A stretch of 64,000 nucleotides of DNA from Vermamoeba vermiformis (taxonomy: Eukaryota), in the NCBI GenBank assembly GCA_045837725.1, contig JBEWZL010000030.1, positions 62,001 through 126,000 of the forward strand, read 5' to 3'. The notes below the pieces were generated by a model that saw only the letters and a list, made by a program, of their open reading frames with translations, was not told where the DNA came from and did not search any database. Of this stretch, positions 36,950-49,374 are shown one piece after another. The translations under genes were made by a program, and so were the position numbers. The stretch's first letter is position 1. Each line of letters opens with the position of its first letter.

Positions 36950-38561
36950 TTACAATAGGCACGATACAAGTGCCAAAATAGCAGCGCCAATAGCGCACAA
37001 GAGTCCTATTAACAACATTATAATTGATTTTCGATCCACGCCTTGCCACTCTTTGGAAATGAGACCGTAGACTTGACTCGCAAAGATGATAGCGCACACG
37101 TAGAACATCCACGCTGTCACCATGCCATCATCCAGCATTCGATTCGCAAAGCCGAGCAGTAGCAGACCTGCAAATGAGAGGACTATAATATAGTTAGTAA
37201 GGGAGATCTAGGGTCTGAAAGTAGCGGATCCGCAACGACTTACCGCCCATCAACGCAGACATGCAATAAGTGTACCATAATGATCTATTGCCTATTGTAC
37301 GATAAAATCTTCGCCAATTTCTATTCTTGCTCAACAATATCGCTGCCCACACAAAATTCACGATGAATGTGCCCGTGGCGAGTAAAGCATAGACTGACAT
37401 GCTGTCCAAATATATCACCATATTGTGGTCATCTGAATCACCTGTCATTCGTCGACCGAGCATAAGACCTAAGTATAGAAACCATAATTAGTAAGGTCAG
37501 TACTGGATCCGTTAAAAAAATAATTTTTGTACCGAGATTTTGATTTGAACTCAACAGGCCTGCGAGAAACGCTAATAACACTGCGATCGAGTTTGGAATT
37601 TTGGTCGTTTTTGTTGCGACTTCTGGTGCGTGATAAATGCCGCGCAGTGAGCTGTATTCGTTGACAAAATAGCCGGTGTACTTGTTCTCCGGATTCGAAT
37701 TCAATATTTTGCCTTCGCGTTTTTTCTTCAAATTTTCGTCTTTTTTCTTGCCCGCAAAGCCCAATAAGAAACATCCGACAATAGTGAGGCCTATACTCGC
37801 AAATACTAAGGCTCCGTTGACGGATGCCGCATAATTCTCGCCAAACGCAGTTGAAAATATCATCGGCACAATCGCGCCTATTAAATAACATTAATATTTA
37901 ATTATTATTACATATTTTTGGATTAATACATACCGACTGTGGCGCAAACGGCCAAATAAATTGAAAAAGCAACTGAAATGCCAAGGACCTTAAATTTATC
38001 GTTAATAAGCTCAATGATGATACTTATATATAAAATTAATACGTACATCAATTGCCAGGCCAATTAATACCAATGAAATTCCGTACACAACACCTGTCAC
38101 GAATTTAGTTTCGTTTGAGCAAAAAAATGCGAAAGTGTTAAAGTATGGAGATGTGAACTCACCTGTTGATACTATAGACATAGCTAGCATCCTAGCATTC
38201 ATAAATAAATGAATTAAATTGCTGACTGTAGCGGTTGCCGCGATCTATCCATAAATAAATTATTTAATTATTTAATTCAATAGCTTCAAATTACTGTTAA
38301 TCGCTTACCCATGGCACTATTAAAAATCCTACAATTGAATATATCGCCCAAGCATTTTCCCACGACCATTCAGTTAAGATCCGAGGTAAGGGAGCTGCGA
38401 AACTGGCCGAGATCACGCCACCTTGATAAAAATGCAAGTATTATATTAATATAAAACGATTCGTAGCTACTATAATTGAGTTAAATGTAAAATATCAGAT
38501 CTCAATTGATTTAATTTGATAGCTTACCTGCGATGGCACATATCACTCCAGTCACGTTCAT
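36950..38561 (-). CDS. RhaT-like (L-rhamnose-H+ symporter family, DMT superfamily) transporter
   Basis: SASFAAPL..EWSWENAWAIYSIVGFLIVPW, LLGFAGKKKD, LAFLAGLLSS, VYGLISKEWQG. About 10 TM segments and several spliceosomal introns. Confidence 0.75.
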
Positions 38562-38840
38562 GTGGCAATCTAAATATGCGTTGCAACGATATTAATGTTC
38601 CGAATGTGGTTACATCCACTGCGGCTGAAATGAAAATGCACCTGTTAATTCGTCCGACTTTTCCAACCATTCCAGAAGCCTTTCATTAATCCTCTTAGTG
38701 AGTACAACATTATAGTGCACCTATTTCGTACGGTGGCTTGGTCACTACCGATTGCGGGTCGGTGGGAAGAGACCTGCGGAATTTGAATTAAAATTAATTT
38801 GATTCAAGACAAGCGACAACAAAGCAACAAGACTAAGACT

Positions 38841-40909
38841 ATGCAGCAAATGTACCGTGCTCTTGCTGCTTTGTTGCTCGTCTCGCTGGTTGTAGTTTAC
38901 AAAGGCTCAAATGCTGCAGATGCCGATGCAGATCCGTCCGATCGAAAAAATAATTTCACAGCCTCTGTTGATATCAGAATATATGGCATTAAAAGCATCT
39001 GGCGGTATATTGAAGGACGATAATATTACGGAGACTATAATGGGCGGTGGAATGTCAATTACTGGCAGCTATTTCGTGGAGGTCAAGATCGCAGGAAATC
39101 CGTTCCGCCTTGTCGTGGTAAATATCCCAAATACTATCCCTAACCCATTGATAATTATTCAGACAATATTCAAACCGTCAATGTTGAGAAAAAATAATAA
39201 TTGCAAATATTTTAGGACACGGGCAGCTCCGCAATGCTCGTAGTTTCCAATCGCTGTCGCACGGTAAATATTTAAATTAACTACTCAAAAATTAATAATT
39301 ATGTAATTACGTCATTCGAAAATACCTTCGCAATGTCAGATCACGAACACGTAATAATTAAAATTTCGATCTGACAGCCAAGCGGAGGTGATTGTGCACG
39401 AGCAGACAGTGTTTATATTATGGGATCATCTGCTTCATATGTTCCATGCTCGAATGATTGCAAATACTGCACAAGCAACTCTGGCAACGACGAAGGCGAT
39501 CAGATCTGCGGAATTCAGGTCAACTACGTTGATGGAACTACTATTAAAGGTAAATAACAATACTGTATTATAATTACCATATTACAAGGTGCCATGAAAT
39601 GCTGTCTTGTCGATTAGCATTCACAAAATAACTTTTATTAACTTTCCTTATTTAGCACTTGGCACACGTGACAAAATATCTGTAGGCAATCTCGAAGTGC
39701 ACGGAGAATTCGGACAATTAACGTTAGAGAACAAACTGACCACCGAACAAGTACGAAACTTTCTAACCACAAACCTCGATCCAACCACGTGACTGACTTG
39801 CCTAATTTAGGTCGATGGTATTTGGGGCCTCAACAACCGCAGCACAGTGCTCAGACCCGTGTTCGACGAGCTCGTGCATCGCGGCGTGCGTGACATGTTT
39901 GCGATGTGTCTGGGCGAGAAGGGCGGTGTGTTGATGGTCGGCGGTGTCAACGAGCACTATTTGCAGCGCGACTCGGTGGTGCAATACGCGGCGATGGATG
40001 TCGCGACCTATCGCATTCCCATCACGCACTTGATGGTCGAACAGAGTAGGTGTCAGGCACGCACTTGTGACACCTGTGCCTCGTGTCAAAGTGTCGTAGT
40101 ATGCTCGATTCATACACCACAATACTGACCTCTACACTGCAGCGAGTATCGCGACATTGCAGTCAAATTACGCGGGCACAGTGGACAGTGGCACGACCTT
40201 GTTTGTGCTGCCCTCGAGCGAGTACTCCGCACTCAAAGCCACGATGCAAAACAATCGCTGTGGCTTGGACTACATGTGCGGTGACACATCAATCTTCACC
40301 AAGGGACTCTGCTTCAAATTTAACGCTGCGACGATTGCACTGTACGTGACAAGTTGACACGTGTCAAAGTATACTTTCGAGACCTCACTGACACCGTTAC
40401 TATATTTAGATTCCCGACCATTCGCATTGTGACACTCACGCCTGACCGTCAGAACTTGACGCTCGAGTTCACGCCAGAAATGTACTTTTACAGCACTGTC
40501 AGCAAGTCTGGAAGTGCGTGTGTTGGATTTGGTATCAGATCTTCGGAGAATTTGCAAGGTCACGTGCTCATCGGAGAATTGTTCATGAGGTACGTATGCG
40601 ATGATAAACATACGGAACGAGTGTTAATATCGATATTGCAGACATTTTGTGACTATTTATGACCGCGAGAATAGTCGCATTGGATTTGGCCCTGTGAGCG
40701 ATTGCAACTACAGTACGTCACTAGAATAATTATATTATCATACCTTTTTATTAACACATCATTGTGCAGCTCTGGATGCAGTCGGCACTGAGCCCGAGAA
40801 GACGAAAATTGTGATTATAGTTGTGGGCTCGTTTGCCATCACCCTCGCCGTGGCCCTGATTGTCTTCTTCGTGGTTAGAAACAGAAGACGATACAAGCTC
40901 ATTCAATAA
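38841..40909 (+). CDS. Membrane-anchored A1 aspartic protease (pepsin/nepenthesin-like)
   Basis: YFVEVKIAG..FRLVVDTGSS and TVDSGTT catalytic motifs, LIGELFMR, YDRENSRIGF, a C-terminal TM helix and a YKLI tail. Confidence 0.9.
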
Positions 40910-41027
40910 GTACCTGTTATCACACGACATTGCGCCATATTTAATTGTTTTATTTTTTGTACAAAGTTGTTTAATATAACACCATTAATCATGTCACATT
41001 TTTTAATATTCTATGCCTTGGGTATTT

Positions 41028-42931
41028 TTACATGAATTGGTTACCTCGCCAAGTACACAAGGTGCCGGTACGAAAGTGCAGTAGATTAGGCAAATGGGTC
41101 GTTAGTTCTTGTTCCGTGTAAAAAGCAGTCGTTTGGACCTTTGTAAGTTCTACGGTTTGCAGTGATGTTAACGCTGTGAAATGTTCGCCAGTAATTCTGC
41201 CAGTAACGATTAAGGCAGTTAAATTTGTCAAGCCCGACAAGCCCTTGATTTGTTCATCACGTTCTCCAATTAATACGATCTCCAAGTGCTCTAAAGTTGT
41301 CATCTTTGCGAGAATGGGCCACAGATCCGGTGCGTCATGACAATCCATGCGGAGGAATTTCAACGGCATATTTTCCAAGAATTTAAAGTCTGTGTCGTTC
41401 TTAATTGATATTTGCAGCTTGGTCAATTGTGTCAGTGCGTGCAGAGTGCTCACAGCTTGTTTTGTACATGAGGTCAACCGCAACTCTTTGAGCTCGACCA
41501 GCGGTGAAAAATCAACCAGATCCAGATCTGAATTCCAAAATATTATTTCCGCACTCGTTAATCGCGTCAAATGTTTGATGGACTCGTTCAACTTGGGACA
41601 AACTTTGGCAGCTGCCAATGACAACACCTGCAAACCAGAAAATCGTGTCAAATACTCCGAATTGGGCTGCACGTAGGTCAAAAGATCTAACTTCGTGAGG
41701 CTCTCGTGCGGAATATTTGACAAAAATTCTCCGTCGTTTCTTGCGTGCACTTTCAAGTCTTGCAACAGTGGCATGGATCGCAAAAAGTCAAACTGGTACT
41801 GTTCCCCTGTCACAGTTAGCGATACCAAATTAGTCAATTTTGCCAGCGGATCTGTGTTTGGTTCATGAACGGACCACAGTGTCAGTTGCGTCAGATTCGT
41901 GAATAAGTGGATGTGCTGCAAGTGTCCCTCTGAACTGCATTCCAAGGATTCCAATTGCGTTAACTTGTATATAGGAAACACTACGGGTCCTGGCTCCTCG
42001 AGATCGTTCCGCCATGCAAAGCGCTTGAGGTTCGAAAATTTGTCCACATCCGCTTCAGAAAACAACACTTGATTATTCATAAAATTGAGTTCCAAGCTCG
42101 TCAAATGTTCTGCGTGTATTTTTGATATTAAATTGACGTTGTCTGGGGCCTCGGCAGTTATTTTAATGCTTTCCAAATGATGCAGTTTTTCAAAAACGCT
42201 TGCCAACTCTTCAAACTTGAAATTGAGTCTGTAAGTCTCCAGTCCTCGCAATTTTTTGAAATTTTCCAGTAATTTAAATGGATAATTATCAAAATAAACG
42301 CCAGACATGCAACTCCAGAAATACTCCAGATTTGTCAAAGTTGAGAATTGTAACCAGTATTTGTCGTCTATTCTATTCTCGGGAGCTAGTTGAAATGCGG
42401 TTAAATTCGTCAATTGCGATATTTTGACGAACTTTTCGGGGTCAAGGTTTGGCTGCTTTTTAAATCTAAGGCTGATCGGTTGAGTGTACCGTGCTAACCT
42501 ATCCACTAGCGCATCCATCACCGCATCGCGCGGTATCCATATACAAAAGTCAGTATAATTGATAATCTTGAACCACGTTGTGTTAGCTAAGCGCATCTGC
42601 CGTTTTGAACGGTTGTCCAAATACGACCCTATCTCCTGATGAACTTCGCGCGGCAACGAATTAATATCATGTATCTGTAGGTGCGTTAAGCTAGAATTGC
42701 CTTGTAAAACCGCGGATCTTATGTATTACCTCCATATCTTCAGCGTGTCGGAACTGTGCACAAATAATATAATTATTTAATATTGATTTGATAATTAATA
42801 ATTTAATTGTTATTATCAAGTTGATCGTTCAAATTCTAAGCATATTATTAAGAGAATGCAGATTTATTCTTTACCGTTACCTTTTTGAAGGGTCTTTCTT
42901 CGTCGCTCACTTCTATGCCTTTTCTTTTCAT
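41028..42931 (-). CDS. F-box-like + leucine-rich repeat protein
   Basis: INSLPREVHQEIGSYLD followed by many LTNLTxLxL repeats in a 542-aa exon. Two short 5' exons start at ATG 42931 (MKRKGIE). Confidence 0.85.
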
Positions 42932-43172
42932 AAATTAACAATAATATGAGTTGTGCATTAACGTGAACAAACTAAGCTTCGAAACTAATGCGCTAATTGT
43001 GGTTTCACAATAATGCCGCCAAAAAATTTAAATTTTCAAATAATATGGAGTTCGAACAATCTTAAAAACGCAACACTAAGGGGGATTTTTTCCATAGTAA
43101 ATAGGTGTAGGTATGTCATTACGGTTTATTTTAATGACGCCAAGCGGAATAAAGCAGGATCCAGAGAACCCT

Positions 43173-43767
43173 TCAAGCAGATTGGACGTAGATGTCAGTC
43201 ACAGGGTCGTTGCCACCGCAGTTCACCACGTATTCTTCCCAACAAGCTTTATGCGTGCTCCAATAAGGATCATCATGGCCAGGCATCACCTCAAAGACTT
43301 CCTTCCAAGCAGCAGCCAAACCATCGTAAGATCCTACGTACTTCTTCTTCAAGCAGGACACCTCAGGCACATCCATAACGAATACAGATGAGTCACCTTT
43401 TAATTGCTCGCGCACAGACTCGGGCAAAGTTGCAACAAAAAATCCACCGACGAGATCAAACTTTGGCGTTGGTCCAGTGAAGTAGTAAGCTACTGGAGGA
43501 CTGCATGGTTGTACCTAAATGATATGATATAGTTAGTAGGGGCATACGAGCTTTTCTAAGAATTTCTTAAGGAATATCTTGGTGCGGAGCGGTGAATTCA
43601 ACGTTAAACTGCGTTATTAACTGATTTCGAGCCCTATATACCTTGATTTGCGACAATACTTGATGGATTTTAGCATAGCTGGTCTTAAAAAACTCGCTCA
43701 TTTCGCTGCGCGACACGTGTGCACGGATGCCGATCAGAACTCTTGCTGGCACTGTAACGGGTTCCAT
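43173..43767 (-). CDS. GyrI-like small-molecule-binding domain protein, two exons
   Basis: VPARVLIGIRAHV..MSEFFKTSY, PPVAYY, YVGSYDGLAAAW, CWEEY..VTDIY. Confidence 0.75.
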
Positions 43768-43992
43768 TTGTCGAGTTAAGCTAATGATAATTAAGTTGTG
43801 TTAGTCGATTGTGTTGGTTGATGAAAATGAAACGCAAACAAACAACGCTATTTATGGCAAACGAAATCACATGGTAAAAAAAAAACGATCGGGAGGCACA
43901 AAATATCCGTGTGAAGTCACCGATTCCAGGAAATTCTACAACCGGCAATCACGCCAATATATTACAACGGAATAAAACAAGCTATTATAGCT

Positions 43993-46896
43993 TTACAGTA
44001 TTTTCTTGGTCTGTTTTCGTTTCAATTCTTCCAACTTTGAATCATTTTCTTTGGCAATGGCGTCGCTCAACAGCTTCAAAAATTGATCGACTTTGTCCAT
44101 TTCAGTCGAATAAAATGTTTCAATAGGGCCTTGATTGGACATCAGCGAGAATCCTTTATCTAAAAAGAACGAGGGTCAGATCCGACGAAACACAAACATT
44201 ACGCGCTACTTATAGTCGATTATATTCCTACAATAGTGCTAAAATCGTGCAGAATCTTGATTTAATACGAAAATGGAATGAAAATCTGATTTGTGAAATA
44301 TTATAATTTAGATTAAATTATTAATTAACGCAAACTGAGCTTCCCATAGTACTACTAATATCAATAATACTTACAGTTTTCCGTAATTTCATAAAATGGC
44401 ACTGTATAATACGGCGTGGTTTCAGCGGGCATCAGATCCAACAACTTGACACGATTTCGCTGCGTTAAATATTGCTTGTCTTGCACGCCCCACACTCCAA
44501 TGTCATTAAACAAAAAGAATTCAACCTAAATAAGGCAATGATTATTCCCTAAAGGCTTCAGTCGGAAAAATAATTTTCGTACCTTTAACTAGGCCGAGCT
44601 GATCCGGAGTTGGTTCTTTGCCTTTTTTCTTCTTAATTCCATTTTTGGGTGGTTGAAATTCAGGATCGACTATATATAGTGATAACTCATAAATAAATCG
44701 TCGACTTTCTTTCAACAAGGGCGGATCTTTCGGTGAAAATCTGTCTTGAATCTTTTGCACCATTTCAAGGCTGTCATGTTCTTTCTTGCGCTCGTTGATA
44801 TAATTAGCGATTTTTTCAACCTCATCGAGTGCACTTTTAATGTTCATGTAGTCTTGGTGCGATCCATCCGTCTTTTTCAATAGTTCCTGCAACATATTTA
44901 CTTATAAGTAAATATTATTCTATATTTTGAATGAATAGCACTCACATTAAGTAACAATACGTATCGTGGAATACGTTGAATAGGCATAATTAAGAAGTCT
45001 CCAATGCCTCGCCGTTGACTTTCTGGATCTTCACTAGTTTCCTAAAAAGGAAATCGTTATTAGCCACGACAATAAGACCTTGAACTTACCCTTAAGAAAT
45101 TGACGAAATGAGGGTTCTGAGCTTTGTACTTGTCAATCGTCTGAATGGCACCTTCGTACTTATTTACATAATCAATATACAATTTCATTGAAGGGGCCTG
45201 TACATAAGATTCATATTAATATTATTGAATGAGTATATTAATGGTACATACGAATAGCCTAAAGACTTGACCGAGCTTTAAGTACAGCGTGTTGTTGTGT
45301 TTGAGTGCCTGCAGATCTTGTTCAAAGGTCTTATTGAGCTCGTAAATAGTGTAAAAGCCGTAAAATATCTTGTTCAAATCTTCTTTGGGAATGACGACTT
45401 CAGATTTCAGTCGAGAAGCGTATTTCAATGGAATAAAATACAACTGTGAAAATGTGTTGTGAGATATTTTCACCGTTCATGAATTAGCACACGTACCTCG
45501 TTAAGCAATCGCAACGAATCAATGTAATCCTTCTCAGTAGACAATATCTCATCGATAATTTTCTCGCGCTTGTCTCTCTCACCCTTGGGCGATGTGACGG
45601 GTGAGGTCGTGTTGGAGGGGCTGTTGACACTACTAGGACTACTCAACTGAGAAGTCGATGCAATCTTCGACAATGTGGGCGTGTGCACGGTGGAGGGCGG
45701 TGTCTTGGTGACTTGATTGAACGATGTTTTGGTCGTGCTGGTCGGTGTAGTAGGCGATGATACAGCACTGCGAGGGGAGGCCTGCGGACTGCTGCTCGTG
45801 CCTTTAAGTGAAGCAGGACCCTGTGCCTTTGGTGACACTGGTCCTGTGTTGTTATTCGGTGCATTGAAGTGCAGTGAGCCTGAAGGAATGTACACGGAGG
45901 TCGTGCGGGACTTGGCTGGCGGCGTCGTGCTCTTTGTCTCAATAGCTAACGGGAGTCAGTATTATCATCAATTAAGTAGTATGAATAGCACTCGTACCGT
46001 GGCTATTAATGTGATCAGTACTCTTCGCCAGGCCCACTTTAGAAATTTCAGGTGAGTGCGAAGAGGTCACTTTGCTCTTCGGATCTGGCAATGCTATCAC
46101 AAATCGATGAGCTCATATACTTCCGTAATATTGTACTTACGCTTGGCTCCATTAGACTTGCCTCCATCAGCAGGTTTAGCTAGTAGAGACGATAAGAGAA
46201 CAGTCGTAACACGTGGATCTGCGTACCTTTCAACAACGCCAAACGAACTTCACGTTCAAATGATTTGCATTCATGATCTTCTACGAAATTAAATCCATAA
46301 TATTTCTAGAGTAATGTGAGTACGCATGGAGCAAAGATTATCGTCACGCATCCAAACTTACGGTAATATTAGGCGCTTCGATTTTATATTTGTGAAATTT
46401 AGGTTGAGCAGGATCAGTGGTGTATTTATGATCTTTAGTCATATTCTCGTTCACGAGGACCTAACAAGTAGCGGATTTAGTGGATTTATTCATCGGAAGT
46501 TACCTGCAGCTTAATTGTACTTACTTTGTTATTTTTCTCTAATGATACCACTAGTCTATAATTATCACTGCTATTTTTGTAAATACAAACGTGAGATACG
46601 TCAGTCGCTCCCGCGATAGGGTCCCACGTCGATCCACCCTTGGCGAATTGAAATACGACCGCACTAGCTTTCGTAACTAATGTATCTTGACTATAATACG
46701 AAATCAATACAAGTTAATATTTGAAGAGAATTCAGGATCAGGCGGTAAAATTTCGAAATTTGGATCAAGCTCTTAAAATTGGCCCGTTAATTTTTGTTAT
46801 AGCCAAATAAATTTAATTATGATTTTTGGCAAGCGTATTTATGCAAAATAACATGATTTATTTTTTAAACTCCGTGAGATCCATTACATACCTCAT
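43993..46896 (-). CDS. EVH1/WH1-like domain + DH-PH RhoGEF
   Basis: N-terminal ASAVVFQF..TWDP..VCIY..YRLV..FH..YYGFNF, a Ser/Pro-rich linker, then DH (REKIIDEILSTEKDYIDSL, LIMPIQRIPRY) and a PH-like tail. Confidence 0.8.
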
Positions 46897-47294
46897 TTTA
46901 CTCGTCTCTGCTGTCCGATTACAATCTCCACTATGAGTATAATTCCATGTGGCTAATAACGTCGAAGTATTGTGTTTCGCTGAGCCACTGATCTGTCAAC
47001 TGACAGCACGTAAATCTTTGAGCAACAAAATCTTTTTTCGCGCGTTTGAAATCTCATTTTGCGGCAACTGTGCACCTTGATTATTAACGCTAGGCATAGT
47101 CTAGTATACTGTAGAGTCAAGTAGCAGGACGAACACAGCTTTTATTGAACATTATATCGTTGATAGTCGAAAACTAATTATTTTCAAACCGATGACGTAA
47201 AAGAACTTAGCGCTTGTAATGATAAGACTCATTACAGCGCTACATACTTCAACAACATTTTCATCGAATAAAGCTGAGAGATAGAATCCATTTA

Positions 47295-47663
47295 TTATGT
47301 AACTGAATAGAAAATAATAGTCATCACGAGTGCCGCTAAAGTGATGTAACCAAGGAAGGATCGAAGAGCAGCGCGTGTCCGGGCCTTTCTTTCCTCGTCT
47401 TCTAAGTCTACCTTCGTCTGGCACGTGCGGCACCTCATAGACAAGTGCTCCTTGGCCACAGTATGCACTAAACAGATCAGTTCTTGACAACCACGGCACC
47501 TGGCGTGTGCAGCAAGGGTGCAGTCTGCGATGGAACAGGCAGGTGCGTGAATAGCTATGCGAACTTCTCGTGATTTAGAGGCCTCTTCGTTGTCGCATGG
47601 TGTGGCACTGGCTAGTGGATCTGACGGTTGCGGAGTTTGTAGTTGTGATGCAGTAGTTTGCAT
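47295..47663 (-). CDS. Small tail-anchored protein with Cys/His zinc-finger-like cluster
   Basis: CSIADC..RCRGCQELICLVH..RCRTC followed by a C-terminal TM (FLGYITLAALVMTIIFYSVT). Intronless. Confidence 0.65.
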   Translation of the reverse strand: MQTTASQLQTPQPSDPLASATPCDNEEASKSREVRIAIHAPACSIADCTLAAHARCRGCQELICLVHTVAKEHLSMRCRTCQTKVDLEDEERKARTRAALRSFLGYITLAALVMTIIFYSVT

Positions 47664-47989
47664 ACTTTAACTGTTGATGTTGAGTTGGTGGTAGTTGTGG
47701 TGAATATTAGACTATTCTAATCGGTGTACACCCTCGTCTTATATCCCCAGACTTACGAACATTTGCAGCTTTTACCAAGTTGCGTGTTTCGAATTTACGT
47801 AAATCTCAATGTTCCGAGATATTTCAGGGACTTTAGCTAAAGTTTAGCGGAACTTGGTTGTTCCACGTAGCTCCTGACAAATACTTCCGACCACGTTTCG
47901 GACGAGCACGATCGGATCTAAATTCCACTGCTAGTGATAACCTAGTCTTATCTCTATACACAACGATGCATATATATATAATATTGCAT

Positions 47990-49277
47990 TTATTTCAACA
48001 GCGACAAGCCTCCATCAACGACAATCACTTGGCCCGTCAAGTACTCGTTGCTCGCTACAAAGTTAACTGCACTGACAACGTCCTATTAAATTTTAAAACA
48101 ACGTTAATGCACTGTAATATTTAAATAGCCAATATTATCAAGCTTACGTCTGTTGTACCGATTCTTCCTAGCGCGATCTCTTTTGGATCAATGTTGGTTG
48201 CTACAAATTGATTAGTATGCGTATCACATTGAGATAAATCGTATATATAAGCTTATTATATCCATATTATCGTATTCTTACTTTTGATCATATCAGTGTC
48301 TATGAATCCAGGAGCGACTAAATTTACTCGAATATTTCTCGAGCCCAATTCACTCGCCAACGTCTTCGTCATTCCTATAATATAATATTGAGTCTATATA
48401 TAGCAATGTAATAGATATATAGCGTCTTAAGTACCAACTAATCCTGCTTTTGAAGCACTATACGCGACTTGACCACTACGCCCTCCTTCAATGCCGACTA
48501 CACTGCCTATATTTATAATAGACCCTGATATAATATCGATTAAGTATATTTATAGCATTGAAATGTTAATTAGCGGTATTAGAAGGACTGCGGATCTGGT
48601 ACCTTTGCGTGGAGTCAACATTTTCTTGACAACAGCCCGAGCCATAAGAATAGGGCCCATTAAATTAATATTAAGTTGATTCATTAAGTCTTCGTCTTTC
48701 AATCTTAATAATAAGGCATCTTTTGATACTCCTACAATAAATTTTGAATTAGATCCACGGAGATTGAACTGCACTCGTACCTGCATTATTAACTAATATA
48801 TCTACTGCTCCATATTCTTTTTCGACCTCTTCCATGGCATTATTAATCTATAATCATTGAATTAAACAATAATTACATTCAGTGCAATTCGATGATTTTA
48901 CCTGCTGCACTTGAGACACATCACACTGCAGTCCCAAATGTCTCTGTGTATTATATTGCTTTGATAGATTGTCTACCGTATTTTTAATAGCTTCATTATC
49001 GCGGCTAAGCACTAAAAAGGGATTAACAAAATAAATATTTCGCTTTCTTGGTTGGATCTGGTTGCTTACCGACAACATTAGCTCCTAAATTCGCAAAATT
49101 ATTCGAAATAGCTTTGCCTATTCCCTTTGAGCCACCAGTGACCACGACGACTTGATCCTTGAAACTGTCTTGTTTGAAAATATTCTTTGTTGAATAACTG
49201 CGTGCACATTGCCTTTTTATGACACTATTATACGCCCTCGATGTGCGTTGTATTAATTTAACACATGTGCTGTTCAT
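47990..49277 (-). CDS. Short-chain dehydrogenase, 3-oxoacyl-ACP reductase (FabG/CBR4-like), probably mitochondrial
   Basis: VVVTGGSKGIG, NNAG, YSASKAG, VNLVAPGFIDTDM, GQVIVVDGG, and a basic N-terminal presequence. Confidence 0.9.
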
Positions 49278-49374
49278 TCTCGTGAAATAAAATTGAACGA
49301 ACTGTTTCGCGCCATTTTCATCTGTTATTCCCACAGCAACGCAACATGAAAGCACAATACGAACTGCATTAAAT

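Noticed and set aside
38892-38961. Signal peptide and protease body of the aspartic protease in different frames
   Set aside because: A 70-nt GTAGTT...TTTCACAG intron restores the frame, so recoding need not be invoked. An indel error remains possible.
16144-38961. Genome-wide programmed frameshifting or insertional RNA editing
   Set aside because: Only one unresolved clear case plus one ambiguous 5' end, with no shared slippery motif. Sequencing error is simpler.
4240-46896. Functional cluster of small-GTPase regulators
   Set aside because: These families are large in amoeboid genomes and are interspersed with unrelated genes. No evidence of co-regulation.
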